The position numbers and the translations under genes were made by a program. This document shows, piece by piece, positions 1 through 13,219 of a stretch of DNA of 48,109 bases. Each line of letters opens with the position of its first letter. Positions within the stretch are counted from its first letter, which is position 1. The stretch is from Sphaeroforma arctica JP610. Taxonomy: Eukaryota. The notes beneath the pieces were generated by a model. It was not told where the DNA came from. It saw only the letters and a program-made list of their open reading frames with translations, and ran no database searches. Location: positions 14,414 to 62,522 of the forward strand of contig NW_014040043.1 of the NCBI RefSeq assembly GCF_001186125.1, read 5' to 3'.

Positions 1-218
1 ATGATGTATGTATGTATGTATGTATGTATGTTATGTATGTATGTATGTATGTATGTATGTATGTATGTATGTATGTATGTATGTATGTATGTATGTATGT
101 ATGTATGTATGTATGTATGTATGTACGTATGTATGTATGTATGTGTGTGTATGTATATAATATATATATATATACATATATATATACGCATTCGCTCACT
201 CGCACACATACACACACT
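1..218. repeat. (TATG)n microsatellite followed by (TG)/(TA)/(CA) tracts
   Basis: Directly visible; explains the MYVC-repeat ORFs 1..309 and 12..260. Confidence 0.97.
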
Positions 219-903
219 GTCGTTCTGGCACGAGCGGGTCAAGAACATAAGTGTAGCTGACAGTTACACTAGGGGACACACAGTGAATGTAATCAGAGTT
301 CTTGTGTAGTATGAGCCTCTTCAGAATCTTTTACAAGTATGTACTTCTTCAGAACCTTTGTATAGTATTCGACTCTTTCCCCTTGTGTGATCTTGGCATA
401 GACGCACAACTGCAGCCTTCGGGATTATTCTGACACCACTTGCGTGAGTTGACCAACAAGAAGGTCCTACATTGTTCGCATCAGAATCATTTAATTTGTT
501 CAGTACTACAAGCAGCACACCGGTGAATTGATATCTCGGTGAGAACTCTGATACCATTGTTGCGTACGTAGTATGGTACGCACCAACCGTTTCAGAATTA
601 TAGTGCACGCGTCCGTTTGCTATAGTCTTTCAAACAGGGAGTATCCTGCTTTTCAAGTAGCAGTTGTGTGCCCGACTCGAGTTGCTGGATGTATATGACG
701 CGCTTGTCATAGCTAAATTAGCAATAGTCCTCAATCGTAATCAATATGCCGTGTGGTAGATTACTTGCACCGTGAATCCTATCTTTTATAATCTCCATAC
801 CGCCGTCAAGTACAGACAAGTGGCCGATGATACATGAAAGTATATAAACTATGTAGTAGATTATTGGCATCCTTTGACCTTTTCTGAGCTCATGTACTAA
901 GCT

Positions 904-1113
904 TCAATACTCGTGTACTTCACTCGTGTTGCCGATGGTGTATATTCCGTGTATCAGAGCCGACCCCACAGCTAGGCCAAAGACCCGTGTCCTCAGTGTT
1001 GGATGATCTCTCAGACCGATTCGAATTAATGGCAGCACAGGTGCCCATATAAGCGGTGCTAAGAGCCCATAGTTAGGTTTACGTACACCTGGGCGGCGAA
1101 TGGTGTCGTCCAT
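904..1113 (-). CDS. Small (69 aa) single-exon putative membrane protein
   Basis: ATG at 1113 to TGA at 906-904: MDDTIRRPGVRKPNYGLLAPLIWAPVLPLIRIGLRDHPTLRTRVFGLAVGSALIHGIYTIGNTSEVHEY. Two hydrophobic segments. PLIxAPxLPLIRIxLRxxPxxRxxxF...AxxHG resembles, from memory, a small uncharacterised protein family in plants and protists. Confidence 0.65.
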   Translation of the reverse strand: MDDTIRRPGVRKPNYGLLAPLIWAPVLPLIRIGLRDHPTLRTRVFGLAVGSALIHGIYTIGNTSEVHEY

Positions 1114-1570
1114 GTTTTTGGGCCAATTTTGTTGGTAAATAGTATCCAAATAGAGTATGTAGTGATATGTAGTTCCCTGTATGTACTACAGTCTACAGTC
1201 TACAGTCTACAGTCTATACACTCTACACTCTACGCATAACTCACCCTGTATAACTTTTATCATAACTTTCTGAAAATTGAACAAGAAGGCACTTTGGCGT
1301 AACACTGTAAAATGTAAAAATGTAAAACCAAAAGTACAATATAGCGGCAACGAATCAAATGCCACCTTCTTTGCACGCCACTGTATACATATTCAATATG
1401 AATAAATAGAGGCGAAAGCTGCGAAACAGGTGTTGCCACAAGTATTGCAAGTTAAAAACGTCGTCACTTGGCTCCATAGCAACATCACAGGTGATTGTAT
1501 ATCTAGTAGAAAACTTCAGAGCCGGACATTGTACTTCCACAGCAGTTTTGATATACGTACGGAACAAATA

Positions 1571-2090
1571 ATGACTACATCGAGTGACGAAGACGTTGGG
1601 CCTTTGCCACCAGGCATGGATAATAGGAAACGGCCAAACCCCAGTTCAAGCAAAGGTAAAGGTAACGATAGTGATTCAGATAGTGATGTAGGCCCGATGT
1701 TTCCCCCTAAGTCGAAGTCAAAGATAAGTGGAAATGACTCTGACAACGACGATGATGTTGTGGGTCCTCTGCCGCCGGGCGTCGGTGCTCCCTCAGAAGC
1801 TGGGAAGAAAAAGGGTAGGTGCTTTAAATGAAGCTACTGTAGGTATAGCGATATATTATACTAGTCTAGAGCTATATTGGCATATGCGCTACGTTAGAAT
1901 AAGAATGTATTTCTTGTCGTCTAAGTGGTTCTATTACTAGCAAGATTGTATATGTACACGCATGCGCATGCGCATTGGGTTGGGTTCAGCGTGATTTTCT
2001 CTTCGCTACATTACATTTGACAGTGTGATTCCTCAGCCAGATTTCATCGTAGGCATGGTTGCATCATTTGAGATAGCCTGTCAATGCATG

Positions 2091-2131
<41 letters not shown>

Positions 2132-5100
2132 TGCTGTGTGTGTGTCGTGTTATATATATTTATGTGTGTGTGTGTGTGTAGTGTTTAACTATATATATAT
2201 ATATGTCTGTGTCTCTGTGTCTCTGTGTGTGTATATAAATATATATTTATGTCTGTGTGTGTGTATGTATTTACGCGATGAAGTGCTGCGTATAATCTAC
2301 TATTCAACGCCTATTAACTAGGTTGTTCAAAACTTGTTGAAGTTTTACTTGCACGTGCTAATAGAAACTACCTTTTTACTACAGCTCTCAAATATCAACA
2401 CGTGTACTTGGAGAATTTGCCATCGGCGGAGATGTACGAACGGAGCTACATGCATCGAGATATCGTCAACGATGTAGTAGTAACTAACAAGTATGGAGTG
2501 TTTTCGTGCGCAGATGCACTCTATCTCGTGCATGTTTTACAAGTAGTGCGTCGCGGTAGTATAGCGATTGTCGAGTGTTACGAAAGTATCTGTCATATAG
2601 TGAATATTGGGGTGTCTGAAAATAATGGAAGAGGTAGACCACATACTTGCCTAGGCCTTGCTTTTGTGTTTCCTTGCACCGCCCCTTCAGCACGCTATGA
2701 ATGTCAGCTAGCACTGTTTTGTTTTGTTTTTTCGTGATATATCTCACCGTGAGCGTATGTCTCGTTTGGCTTGAACAGTATTCCACACCATTATGTGCCA
2801 TTTGGGCTAGTCGCTAAAGTTATTACTTTTGAGCTGTCACTTGTTGCTGGTGAGATAGCAGGCTCAAGTCGTCTTTGCTTCATATCAATCAGAACGAACT
2901 TCATCGTCACAACCAGTGCTGATGGGCACCTCAAGTTTTGGAAGAAGGGACCGCAGGGCATTGAATTTGTAAAGCACTTCAGAGCTCATATGGGTATGTT
3001 ATCCGCGTGACATCTCATACGGGTTATCTTGTGTTTTTGTATCGAGAATTTGGCAGCTCAGCCCTACTAAGACATCTCAGGGGATCGAATGTGTAACCGA
3101 TACTGGGCTCAGTGTCTGTCCATCTAGAATACTTGCACATATCATTTAGATTAGATACTTGAAGTTTGCGATGCAAGCATCAAATACACTGCAGTATATG
3201 TTCGGTCGTTGTGTAGGTTGTTTGTCTCTGGATCGTGATTGATGTAATTAGCATATATTTTGTAGCATGTGCATCAGTTGGTAGCTATTTCAAAACTTAA
3301 GTATTCCATGCAGCAGGTATGTTACATCATGTATCTCCTGTACTATTCGCTCATTCGATACCGGACAATCCACTGTTTCCACCTCAGGTTCGATTGTAGA
3401 TGCAACAGCAAGCAATGATGGATTAATGCTTGCCAGTATAAGTGATGATAAAACCGTCAAAATCTTTGATGTAATCAATTTTGATATGATCAACCAGATA
3501 AAGCTAGACTATATTCCCCTAGCTTGTTGTTGGGTACATACTGACGGAGCAGCCAAAGCTGTGCTGGCGATATCGGACGCAGCGGGTCCCACGATACGAC
3601 TGTACGACGCAAACATTGGAGAGGAAGGGGACCCCATCAAGGAGATCAACGTACACACACAGCCGGTATGAGAACTGAATGTCTCGCTGTGATGTCTGTT
3701 AACGATCGTATGAGAAGCAACATCTTGTTAGTCTTCTATAAAATCTTTATATGTCTTGTAGTTTTTTATAATGTGCGTTTTCTGCACAATAAATAGGCTC
3801 TTGTGAGTTGTTGCAGAGCGTGGTGGCGTTGGAGTTTCGAAATGGGGGGTACTCCTTTGATGCTTTAATCATCAATCTGACTCCTTTGATACTTTAATCA
3901 TCAATCTGACTCCTTTGTGCTTACGCGCTCGCAGGTACATCTTATGGCGTTGAACCAACGGTTAGGAGTAGTTGTCTCAGTAGACAGAGCCGGTATGGTT
4001 GAATATTGGAGCAACAGCGGAGCCTACACATTCCCTGAAAAAGCCGTCAGTTTCGATTCGAAAATGGATACTGACCTCTACGAGTTCATCAAGTGCAAAA
4101 CAATGCCCACATCACTGGCCATCAATGAATCGGGCGAACTTATGGCTCTTGTGGCTAAGGACAGGAAAGTCCGCATATATAAGGTATGTAGTTAACCAGC
4201 TGGATCTTTCCGCCTTTTTTCTTTGGGGGGAGGGGGGGGTAGTTGTCACGGATGTGTATTCAGGCATCACGTGTTATCTTCTCCCATGTAAGGGACGCAT
4301 TCAAGTATGTTGCTATATGCTGTATCAGCGTAGGGGTTTCATGTTTGACTCCGGTGGCTTACATGGCTGCTGTACTATATATTTGGCTGACCTGGTTAAA
4401 ATTTGGGCACCATACCCTATATTCGCTTATAATGGCCATAGCGTTTATAGTATTTTAGGCGCCATTCCGTGGCTGCTTGATTTCAAACCCCCTTTCGCTC
4501 TTCAGATCAAAACAGGAAAATTATATCGCGTGTACGACGAGAGCTTATCAGTATATTCTGAGAATCAGAAAACCAACCCCCAACTAGACAGCGTGGATTT
4601 CGGGCGTCGCATGGCTCAGGTAGTATGCATGTTCATATAAATATGCTAATTGAATATGTAGTGCTTTTACCTGACTGCTTGAGAGCGTATGTGTCCGCTT
4701 TCGTCTGAATTTTGTCCCGAAACAATGTTCTACCGTGCGTTTGTTTGCGTGTGTATTGTAAATTAGGATTTACGACCACTGTTGAAACCTAAATCACGAT
4801 AGTTGTGTTTTGTTTGCAAGAATGCTGCGAGTGATGTACTGATCTTCATTACAAATGTCCTGAGTGACGTACTGAGCTTTGTTGTATGTGTCCAGGACAC
4901 GCATATCATGACCTGTCGATATAGCGGGACTGTCTGCTCATTTTAGGCGCTCAGGTCCAGATGAGTTGATGTCTTATATTATATCTGCTACGCTTCACAC
5001 AGGAGAAAGAAATTGAAAACTCACCGGCTTTCGAACGAATCAATGCCGTCTTCGATGAATCAGGGCAATTTTTACTATACCCCACCATGTTAGGCGTGAA

Positions 5101-7294
5101 GGTTATTGGAATCAAAACAAACACAGTGGTGCGCGTTATGGGCAAGCATGAGAGCACCGTGCGGATACTGCGTATAAGTTTGTATCAAGGCAAACCTGTA
5201 CAGGCGGCTGCAACTCTTTCGCTGGTGTGTTGTCGTGTACGGCACGAGCGATGTGTTGAGCTCAATGAGCATTTTGCGCATGCGTTGTTCATCCTTGATA
5301 AACTCCGATTCGTGCAGAGACTGTAAAGTTTTCATGTGGAAATCTCATGATGCTTGTAGGGATGCGTGATCGATATAAGAACAATCAGTGATATTTCACT
5401 TGCATTTGCATAGGCACTTGTACACAGGTTATGTCTCGATTTTGCAACTTCGCGGTAATTGCATAGTTGTGCGACACGAGAGGTATTGTGAGATGGTAAA
5501 ACATGGCTTGACTCTATTCTCACTTGGATTTTGGCTTATCTCTGATTTGTATTTGTAGGAAATGCAAACATCCGAAAATCCGGGTTTGGAGGCGTTGTCG
5601 ACGCATGACCCGACTATGTTTTGCACTGGCTACAACAAAAATAGATTCTTTCTTTTCTCACGAAGAGACAGAGAAGAGACCGAAGGGTATGTGCGAACAC
5701 AGTCAACAGACATGCGTATACATGCAGCATTTTTTTATGGATTGTTTGTCTAGTGTTGCTCACTGTGCGTTCTCTTTGGCCTTTTGTTTGCTAGGACCAC
5801 TCCAGTATGTTTATTCCACTTTCAGATTTGAGCCCTTGCAGAATGCTTTTGGTGATCAGTCATGCGAATGGTAGCTAAGATATTTTTCCCTGCGAGTTAG
5901 ATAAAAATTGATTCAGACAGATATGTCTCCCAATCTTAAGCTACGTTATCAACTCATTTGCTGGTACTGGAACTGTAGCTCAAAAGACTACCTGAAGGTT
6001 TACGAGAAACTTTCCAAATTTACTTTTTGCTGATTTGCACCTTGTTCTATGCTGCGATCCTGTGTGATCTGTGCAGAGAACATGGTCGAGATGTGTACAA
6101 CGAGAAGCCCTCGCGCGAAGACATGATAGCCGCTACAGACAGCCAGGTGAAGGCTTCGTGGCCTTCACAAGCCATCATCCATACATCGTACGGGGATGTA
6201 CACGTATCACTCTTCCCGGACGAATGCCCGAAGACCGTAGAGAACTTTGTAACGCACAGGTATGGCCTCGATCGACTCAATTTGCAATGTATTGTAAGTT
6301 TCTCCTATAACTTGCTTAACAACACTTTGATCCATCTTGGGAGAGATTGAAGTTCACTACTACATTCTTAAAGTTACGAGGAGATTTGTTAGGTGTGGGT
6401 TCGTACTACTATGCGAATTCCAGTATCAGTGGAGATGCTTCACACTCTAAATATCAGTAGGCAAGAAAATACTTATCATGATATGCTTACAATCTGTGTT
6501 GCATCTTTACTCACAGCCGGAACGGCTACTATGACAACCTCATCTTCCACCGAGTTATAAAAAGTTTTATGATTCAAACGGGCGATCCCGAGGGCGACGG
6601 CACAGGCGGCGAATCGATATGGGGTGCTGAATTTGAAGATGAAATCTCACCCAAATTAAGGTAGCTAATGAGTTTGTTGCACTTTCGTGTGCTCATTTAT
6701 CAGTCTTCGTATGCAACTGTGTTCTGTCGTGCCTGTATAGTGCGATTGTGTGCTTAAAATTTCCAGCAGTAGTTGTACTCTTTTTAGTTGCGGCTGTGTA
6801 TGGCTTCCGTTATCCTCAGATGTGTGGAATGTACCCAGGTGTCGTCGCAATGTAGAATGGACGGTAGTTGTTGTCTCTCTGACTTTGCTTGGATTTTGTG
6901 TCCTTAGAAATCTGTTCGGTGCGCTTTTTTGTGTGCTTCGCCATTAGCATTACGTCCACCGACTGAACTCATTACATTCGATCATAACTCGACTACCGGT
7001 ACTACAAAACCATCCTATCCCGCACACATCCTGAAGCCTGTCTAAACTCTCAAATCTCTATAAATCAGGCACGACCGACCATTCACTCTGAGCATGGCAA
7101 ACGCAGGCCCTGGCACTAACGGGAGTCAGTTTTTCATCACTGTGGTACCCACGCCTTGGCTCGATGATAAACATACAGTCTTCGGAAGGGTGACACGTGG
7201 CATGGACATAACTATGAAAATCAGCAATGTGCCGTGTGACAAATTTGCTAGACCAAACGAAACAATAAGGATCCTCAATATCTCATTCGATTAA
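1571..7294 (+). CDS. PPWD1: Peptidylprolyl isomerase domain and WD repeat-containing protein 1 (spliceosomal cyclophilin), 11 exons
   Basis: Phase-compatible GT-AG exons: 1571-1814, 2385-2490, 2893-2993, 3388-3665, 3935-4183, 4506-4619, 5003-5224, 5559-5686, 6077-6259, 6517-6660, 7069-7294. Motifs [76 protein letters not shown]; cyclophilin [15 protein letters not shown] and [34 protein letters not shown]. Confidence 0.96.
2087..2268. repeat. Compound (TA)n/(TG)n microsatellite in PPWD1 intron 1
   Basis: Directly visible. Confidence 0.9.
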
Positions 7295-7311
7295 AGGCTA
7301 CCCTTCTAAAA

Positions 7312-7418
7312 TTATCAAGAGGTGGTCGATTTATCTCATCACCACCACCCTTTAATCCGATAAAACGGTATCCGTCTAGTTATTAAGAGGTGGCCTATTA
7401 ATCTCATCACCACCGCCT
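7312..7418 (+). repeat. Two diverged ~39-bp direct repeats, each with a GGTGG...CCACC stem-loop, just 3' of the PPWD1 stop
   Basis: ttatcaagaggtggtcgatttatctcatcaccaccaccc (7312) vs ttattaagaggtggcctattaatctcatcaccaccgcct (7380). Confidence 0.6.
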
Positions 7419-8412
7419 ATTTTTATTCAAGTCCACTCCAGGCTCACTCCAGGCTCCCCTTCGATATTTATCGGCGAAAGCCCGCCACAATTTTTTAAAC
7501 AGCTCTTCAAACAATCCGCGCCAACAGGGAAGCATCCAGTCAAATCCATTACAAAGAATATCAGTAAATTTCTCAAATAGGTTTCGGCTATGCTTTAAAT
7601 ACGAGCCATACGATGTCAATGGATTGTGTATCCACGTTTTCTATTGGTTCTAGCCAAAAATTATTGTTGAGAATCCATGGGCCCGATTTGGTTTCTCGAG
7701 AGATGAAAGAGTTTACAATTCGAACACTCTCCACTAATTGTACTATTCCTGTGTAGTTTAATAAAAAACATATATTTTCAAATTTTCACGAAGCACTGGT
7801 CATCTGTAGTTTGAGGTATACAATTGGTCAATTATGCACACTATTTTGAAACGAATATATTTTACGATAATTTTGTATTTTCTACACGCGTATTATACAG
7901 TATACGACATGTCACAGGATGAATATAGCACATCCGCCATTTGTCGACATATTTTATCACTCCGTACAGAAATATCCTCCAACAATCATTCCTTAGAGTT
8001 TATTGGAATTAACTAAATATAATCATCTAAGAGCCCAAATGTCTCTTACGGCTGTCATATATCTATCGGTGTCGATACGTTTCGTAGCAACATTATTATA
8101 CAAGTGTCAGTTGCGCACACTACACTATATAATCTGATTATTGCAAAACATACCTGAGTGACTACATATCTCGTTCATCGCGTCTTTACAATTTGGGTGT
8201 TTTTTTTTAATAGCAAACTTTGTGTGACCTGCAGGATATGCGCAAGCTGATCTCAGTATATAGCACGTGTAGATGTATTCCCTTCCTCTCACTTCTCACT
8301 TCAGCAAGATAAATCGATACTTACGGGTGCTACACATATAGTCCTTAGTACAAATTTCCTATTACTAAACATTAGCACATCATAACTCGCGAAGCTCCTT
8401 TTAAACATTGCA

Positions 8413-9573
8413 ATGAGAAATACAAACGTGACTATTACGGACCTCATGGGGTACGATTACTTTCCCAATATCAATGTGAGTGCTACGACTAAACAGCCAC
8501 TTGTGCAGCCACCAGCACACTCCTCCTTACATGGGGATACTTACACAGCTGAGTGCGTCAGTGATACACAAAATGGAAGTGTTAAATTAGCGGAGACGGA
8601 TGCATCGTGTCAATCGACGACACAAGCGCCCTTCCAAGACGTAGATGAAGTGATACGCACCATGGATAAAAACTACGGCACTAAGTTCTACGATTGGATA
8701 CGCTCGGAGGCCAATTTGGAGTGTACGGCTATGCATATACGTAAAAACACGCATGATACCGACCTAAAGCGTCTAGCAAACGGTATCCGTTGGATAGTGG
8801 CGAATTGGACCATCGACAATATTGCACACCTGCTTCGTATGGTCACAAAGGGTTGGGTGGCTGAGGAAGAAGCCGAACTCGCGTCGATTGTGTCTAACGA
8901 CTGGCCGTTAAAGCCATATACATCTCGCTTGGTTATGTGCATAACGTATGACATGAATCTGGAGGATATGGTGCGCTATTTCGGAGTGGTAACGGCAACG
9001 TGGTCGACCGACAGTACGCTGGAGCTGGTGACGGAGATTGCCGACAAGGCTGGGTGGAGCCTCGATCAGCTCGGGCACTTCAATATACGGCTGGCGTGGT
9101 ATTTAAAGGAGCATAGAAGCCTGGATGACTACGATTTGAATAGAATCTCACTGTTTTGCACGGGAGCCCTTGATGGCGCAAGTGGCAGTCCACAGCACGG
9201 TCAGGAAATGGCGTGTTCGGCGGCGCTTCCTTCATATGCTCCTGAGGGTGATAATACGATTTGCCTATTGAACGCCAGTAACAACACAGACCACGATACA
9301 GAGATTTCCAACAGTGAAAGTTTTTGTGATGACAACATGGACGTGTGCAACAGTAATAATAGTATTAACGGCTTCGCACATCAAGCGAACAACGGCCACA
9401 ACAACGACTTGTTAATGCCGCAGAGAACACTGCAACACTACACGAGTACGGAGAGCATCATGAATGCTATGGAAAATCAACGGGCAACAGTGGCGGATAC
9501 GGAGAACGCTGGAAAGGACGCCACGTACACAGCTCACGCAGCAACGAAGGACTGTGACATGATGCAGTCATAG
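8413..9573 (+). CDS. Intronless 386-aa hypothetical protein with a central Trp-spaced helical region and low-complexity termini
   Basis: Uninterrupted 1161-nt ORF with an ATG start, GC-richer than its flanks. Central region WIVANWTIDNIAHLLRMVTKGWVAEEEAELASIVSNDW...VVTATWSTDSTLELVTEIADKAGW. Confidence 0.8.
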   Translation: MRNTNVTITDLMGYDYFPNINVSATTKQPLVQPPAHSSLHGDTYTAECVSDTQNGSVKLAETDASCQSTTQAPFQDVDEVIRTMDKNYGTKFYDWIRSEANLECTAMHIRKNTHDTDLKRLANGIRWIVANWTIDNIAHLLRMVTKGWVAEEEAELASIVSNDWPLKPYTSRLVMCITYDMNLEDMVRYFGVVTATWSTDSTLELVTEIADKAGWSLDQLGHFNIRLAWYLKEHRSLDDYDLNRISLFCTGALDGASGSPQHGQEMACSAALPSYAPEGDNTICLLNASNNTDHDTEISNSESFCDDNMDVCNSNNSINGFAHQANNGHNNDLLMPQRTLQHYTSTESIMNAMENQRATVADTENAGKDATYTAHAATKDCDMMQS

Positions 9574-10337
9574 GCCAGTGGATGGTGGTGATGTCGTCAT
9601 GTATATATTGAAGCATTGGGAAACGACAAAACTTGTGCATAATGCAAGTACATATATTGTATATATGTATGCACACTCTTATACCAAATATAAATATTAC
9701 TTCTACCTGTTCGTGAACAAGTATTTGGTATCGATGCATATCGCGCTGGATTTCAAGGTGGGGTGATAGAAGATGGCGGAAGTGGAGTGCTTCGGTATGG
9801 CCATGTCTGTGACAAGGTTCGAAGTGATATTATTTTTATATAAGAGCTCTGTAAATAATAAACCTAACTCGTGTGTTTGTAGTCGATCCTCGATAATGGA
9901 TATTTCTGTACTTAAATTTAAATAATAGACATTTTAGTATGGATGTCCTGATTGCCAACTGTGCCTGTCGGTCCAAACTACTTTGTGATCAAGCCGGTAG
10001 TCTCAAAATTGAGCCCTACGGTTTGTCTTGACTTCAATTAGACACCACAACTACAGATTCTGCTCATCGAGGTCAGTAATGTCCATTACCTCAATTTTAC
10101 TCATTATCAGGTCAAATAGGATCATGCTGCTTAGAAAACTTATGTTGTATTGTTTTAACTGAAGAACGGTGTATCTCTCTTCTGGAAAGGTGAGAGTATA
10201 TCTTGATCACCTGTGTACCTTTAAATAGTGCTTCGTTTGCAACTGGACAGAATACATCGAATTCAAAATTGATAATTCTGCGTTGATATCATCAGCCGCC
10301 AAAGAAAAATACCTCAGTTATTAACTTTAGACATTAT

Positions 10338-12327
10338 TCAAGCATTTATTCGGTCTAGTGTATTGAAGTACATGTACCGACTGAATACGATATACAGTTT
10401 TCTGAACCATACAAGTTGGCTTGTATGCTCGTTCATCGCTGTCTGAGCGGTCCAAACATCAGAGGGAGACCCAACCGCTAGGAAAGAGTGACTGTGGAAT
10501 GAGAATGAGAATGAGAAAATGAGAACGACTCAGTCAGCGTACTATTGATCGAACATACCCTGTACACATACTCCTATTCAAGAGACCGACGCTCAATATA
10601 GCATCAATAAGTACTCAGGGACGATATACTGTAATTTCGGATACTTAGTTAAGATCGAACATCAGATGTTCACGGTAATTAAAAATCGACCAAGCACCAA
10701 TCAAGAGTGGTTTGGTATCCTTTGTACTGCGGGTGTACCCTGATGTAGAAGAAACGATCACGTCCAAGCATCCAGAGTACTTGCGCCATAGTGAGATGGA
10801 TTGAAGCGAGTATGCTTTGATATTAGTATCCAATTTTCCCGTGTCAGCGAGGTGCCTGTCGTGGAAGAGAGTTTTGCGAGGAGAACGAATGAGTTTTGAT
10901 ACATATGCACCTTCATCTTATCCTTTACAAAACACAGAGCACGCCTCTTGTACAATGTGCGTTATCATTATGTAGCGAAACACCGAGCTCAGTGAAGTAT
11001 GTAATCACATATGCCATAAAACAAATAAGGCCAAATGATGTGGCGCATGAGCAGCCTAATACATACCTTACGCCATCATAGCAGGATACATGATTTGGAT
11101 GCTCAGAGACACCCCCAGAATCGAATGTAATGACCTGAGGTCGAAGTGTTGAAATCATGTAGGATACCATCATATTAGTAACCAAAATATGAAATTGTGT
11201 ATGTATCTCGTAATTATGCTAATATATGTACAAGAAAGTATGCACTGGATAATTTAGGCCAAATCTCGTCAATCGAAATTCTCAGGTGAATGATTTACAT
11301 CCACAACAAAGAAAGTATCTCTTTGCGACCAAGCAAATTGTGGATTTGTTCATGACGCATGCCGGAAACTCGCCCGCACGCTTCTCAGATTCCTTACAAT
11401 TCGAATACCATTCTCCTTGATATAGTGTGCTACCACGCTGGCCACCTCTTGAGCGTTCCATTTTTTGGGTCCGTCCGGGAAGCGCCTGCCAATTTGATGA
11501 CGATACAAGTCGGATGTAAAATAAAATCAGCACCTATACAAATCTTTGTGTGCGATCCTTGCATGAAGCAGTTTATAATGCATGTGCGTGCAAACACATC
11601 ATAAATCGGATAATAAATTCTTCAAATAACGAATCCCTTTATCTGTTTGTTTTGAGAAAAAATATTCGTATTGATTGCTCGGGCAAAGTTCTTGTTTTAT
11701 ATAGAGCGCGTCCCAACAGCTATTAACGGTGCGCATTGTCGAGGATATAGCTTACAGTGCTATCTCAATTTGCAACTAGACTATGGAACATGAGATGTAC
11801 TGGATGTCACAATATATAAATGCTATACATACTTGTCATCCAGAGCTTCACAGTCAGTCTGCCTAACACCCAATATTTTACAACTGGCTTCCAACTCTCT
11901 TGAACGTATTGCACCTAGTCCATTATAGTTCCCTGCATAGGCAACGACAATTCAGAAAAGCACAGTGTTTGCGTTGGTTGAATGCCCAAGCAGGAAATCA
12001 GAGTCAAGCACTTCCAGTGTCGCGAATATGTCGCAGACTTGACTGTAATGACCTGAATAAACTATGGCCGGCACAATCAAGTGCAATGGCGAAAGGCATG
12101 CGGGTAAATATCAGTGAGGAATATGAAGCACAATACAAAGATACTGTCTTAAGAGAGGTAGAATTACCTGTAGACAGGCAGAGTATATGGACTGGCCGTC
12201 CTTGTTTCCGCAGTGATATAATAGTGGGGGCGAAGAACATACACTCGTCATCCGGATGTGCGATGACTATGAGGGCCGGTGGTTCCAAGTCCGACTCATT
12301 CTCAGTACTTTGAGCTTTATTACCGTT
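10338..12327 (-). CDS. PIGL: N-acetylglucosaminyl-phosphatidylinositol de-N-acetylase (PIG-L/Gpi12), at least 6 exons; start codon unresolved
   Basis: Exons 12327-12168 (LIVIAHPDDECMFFAPTI..HILCLSTG), 11932-11833 (NYNGLGAIRSRELEASC), 11485-11398 (FPDGPKKW), 11134-11067 (VITFDSGGVSEHPNH), 10855-~10698 (SLQSISLWRKYSG; donor uncertain), 10477-10338 (AMNEHTSQLVWFRKLYIVFSRYMYFNTL*). The HPDDE and HxNH metal-binding motifs are diagnostic. Confidence 0.93.
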
Positions 12328-13050
12328 CTATTCTTATTAAAGGTGGAGCAATAGGCATAGAGATATGAGAAGCATACAATATCTTAATAAATGTGATGGG
12401 CCTGTTTTCACCACCTTATATATGCAATGGAGAGAAAAATTCACATTCATCCTAGGGCCAATGACGGGCTCGAGATCCATACGATAGTTGTAAGAATGCG
12501 AGAATGACTATCTTAGCCTTTGAACGATATTGAAGCCACGATATCAAATAAGATTACAATATATACATACTAAGCAAACGGTAAAACGCATATAACAACA
12601 CGAATAGTAAGAATTTGAACACCCAAATTATATCTATTAAATTTATTCTGGGTTACGCACCTTATATCCTGCTCTTTGTTTTTGCAGTAGTATATACCAT
12701 AATATGAGAGCAGTATACCAGAGTACTAGAACGTAGGCCAACAGTATCGTAACTGGGTCAGTTAATGAATCTTGTATCATATTTATATAGACTACAATAG
12801 TCTGCTTAAATATTGTATTTTTAATATCAGTCGTCTGCTATAAATGCAGACTAAATAAATATATCAAAAGTGCACATAAAAATATATATATTTATATTCA
12901 TGCTGACGTCCATAATTATGCATAGCAACTAGGTCATCGCAGCTTTCATTCCCGCCAAAATTAATCGAACATATCACATCTGCTATGGTGTCTGTTTTTT
13001 TTTTTTTAAATATTTAGTCTTTTTATATTTATGCTTTGTTTTTTGGCAAC

Positions 13051-13219
13051 TATTGCACTGAAAGTGCATTCATAAGAAGCCTATACTTTATGACCTCTTG
13101 CACTCTTCGGCCGCGTACCTCGGTTGCTCCAGCCTACTCCGGACCTAACCTCGGCCCTAAAATATAATTAGGACAATTAGATTTTAGGCGCATAATAATC
13201 TGCATAACAAAACTCAATA
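13051..13219 (+). repeat. 5' LTR (TATTG...CAATA)
   Basis: Aligns end to end with 19653-19824, roughly 85% identical by eye; 5-bp terminal inverted repeat. The 3' boundary may extend a few bases. Confidence 0.88.

Noticed and set aside
321..608. 95-aa minus-strand ORF
   Set aside because: Non-ATG start in the track, no motif, and no convincing splice continuation.
12328..12375. In-frame ATG (12375) giving a hydrophobic MLLISLCLLLHL as the PIG-L N-terminus
   Set aside because: Three in-frame stops separate it from the catalytic exon; more likely an intronic pyrimidine tract, so the start is left unresolved.
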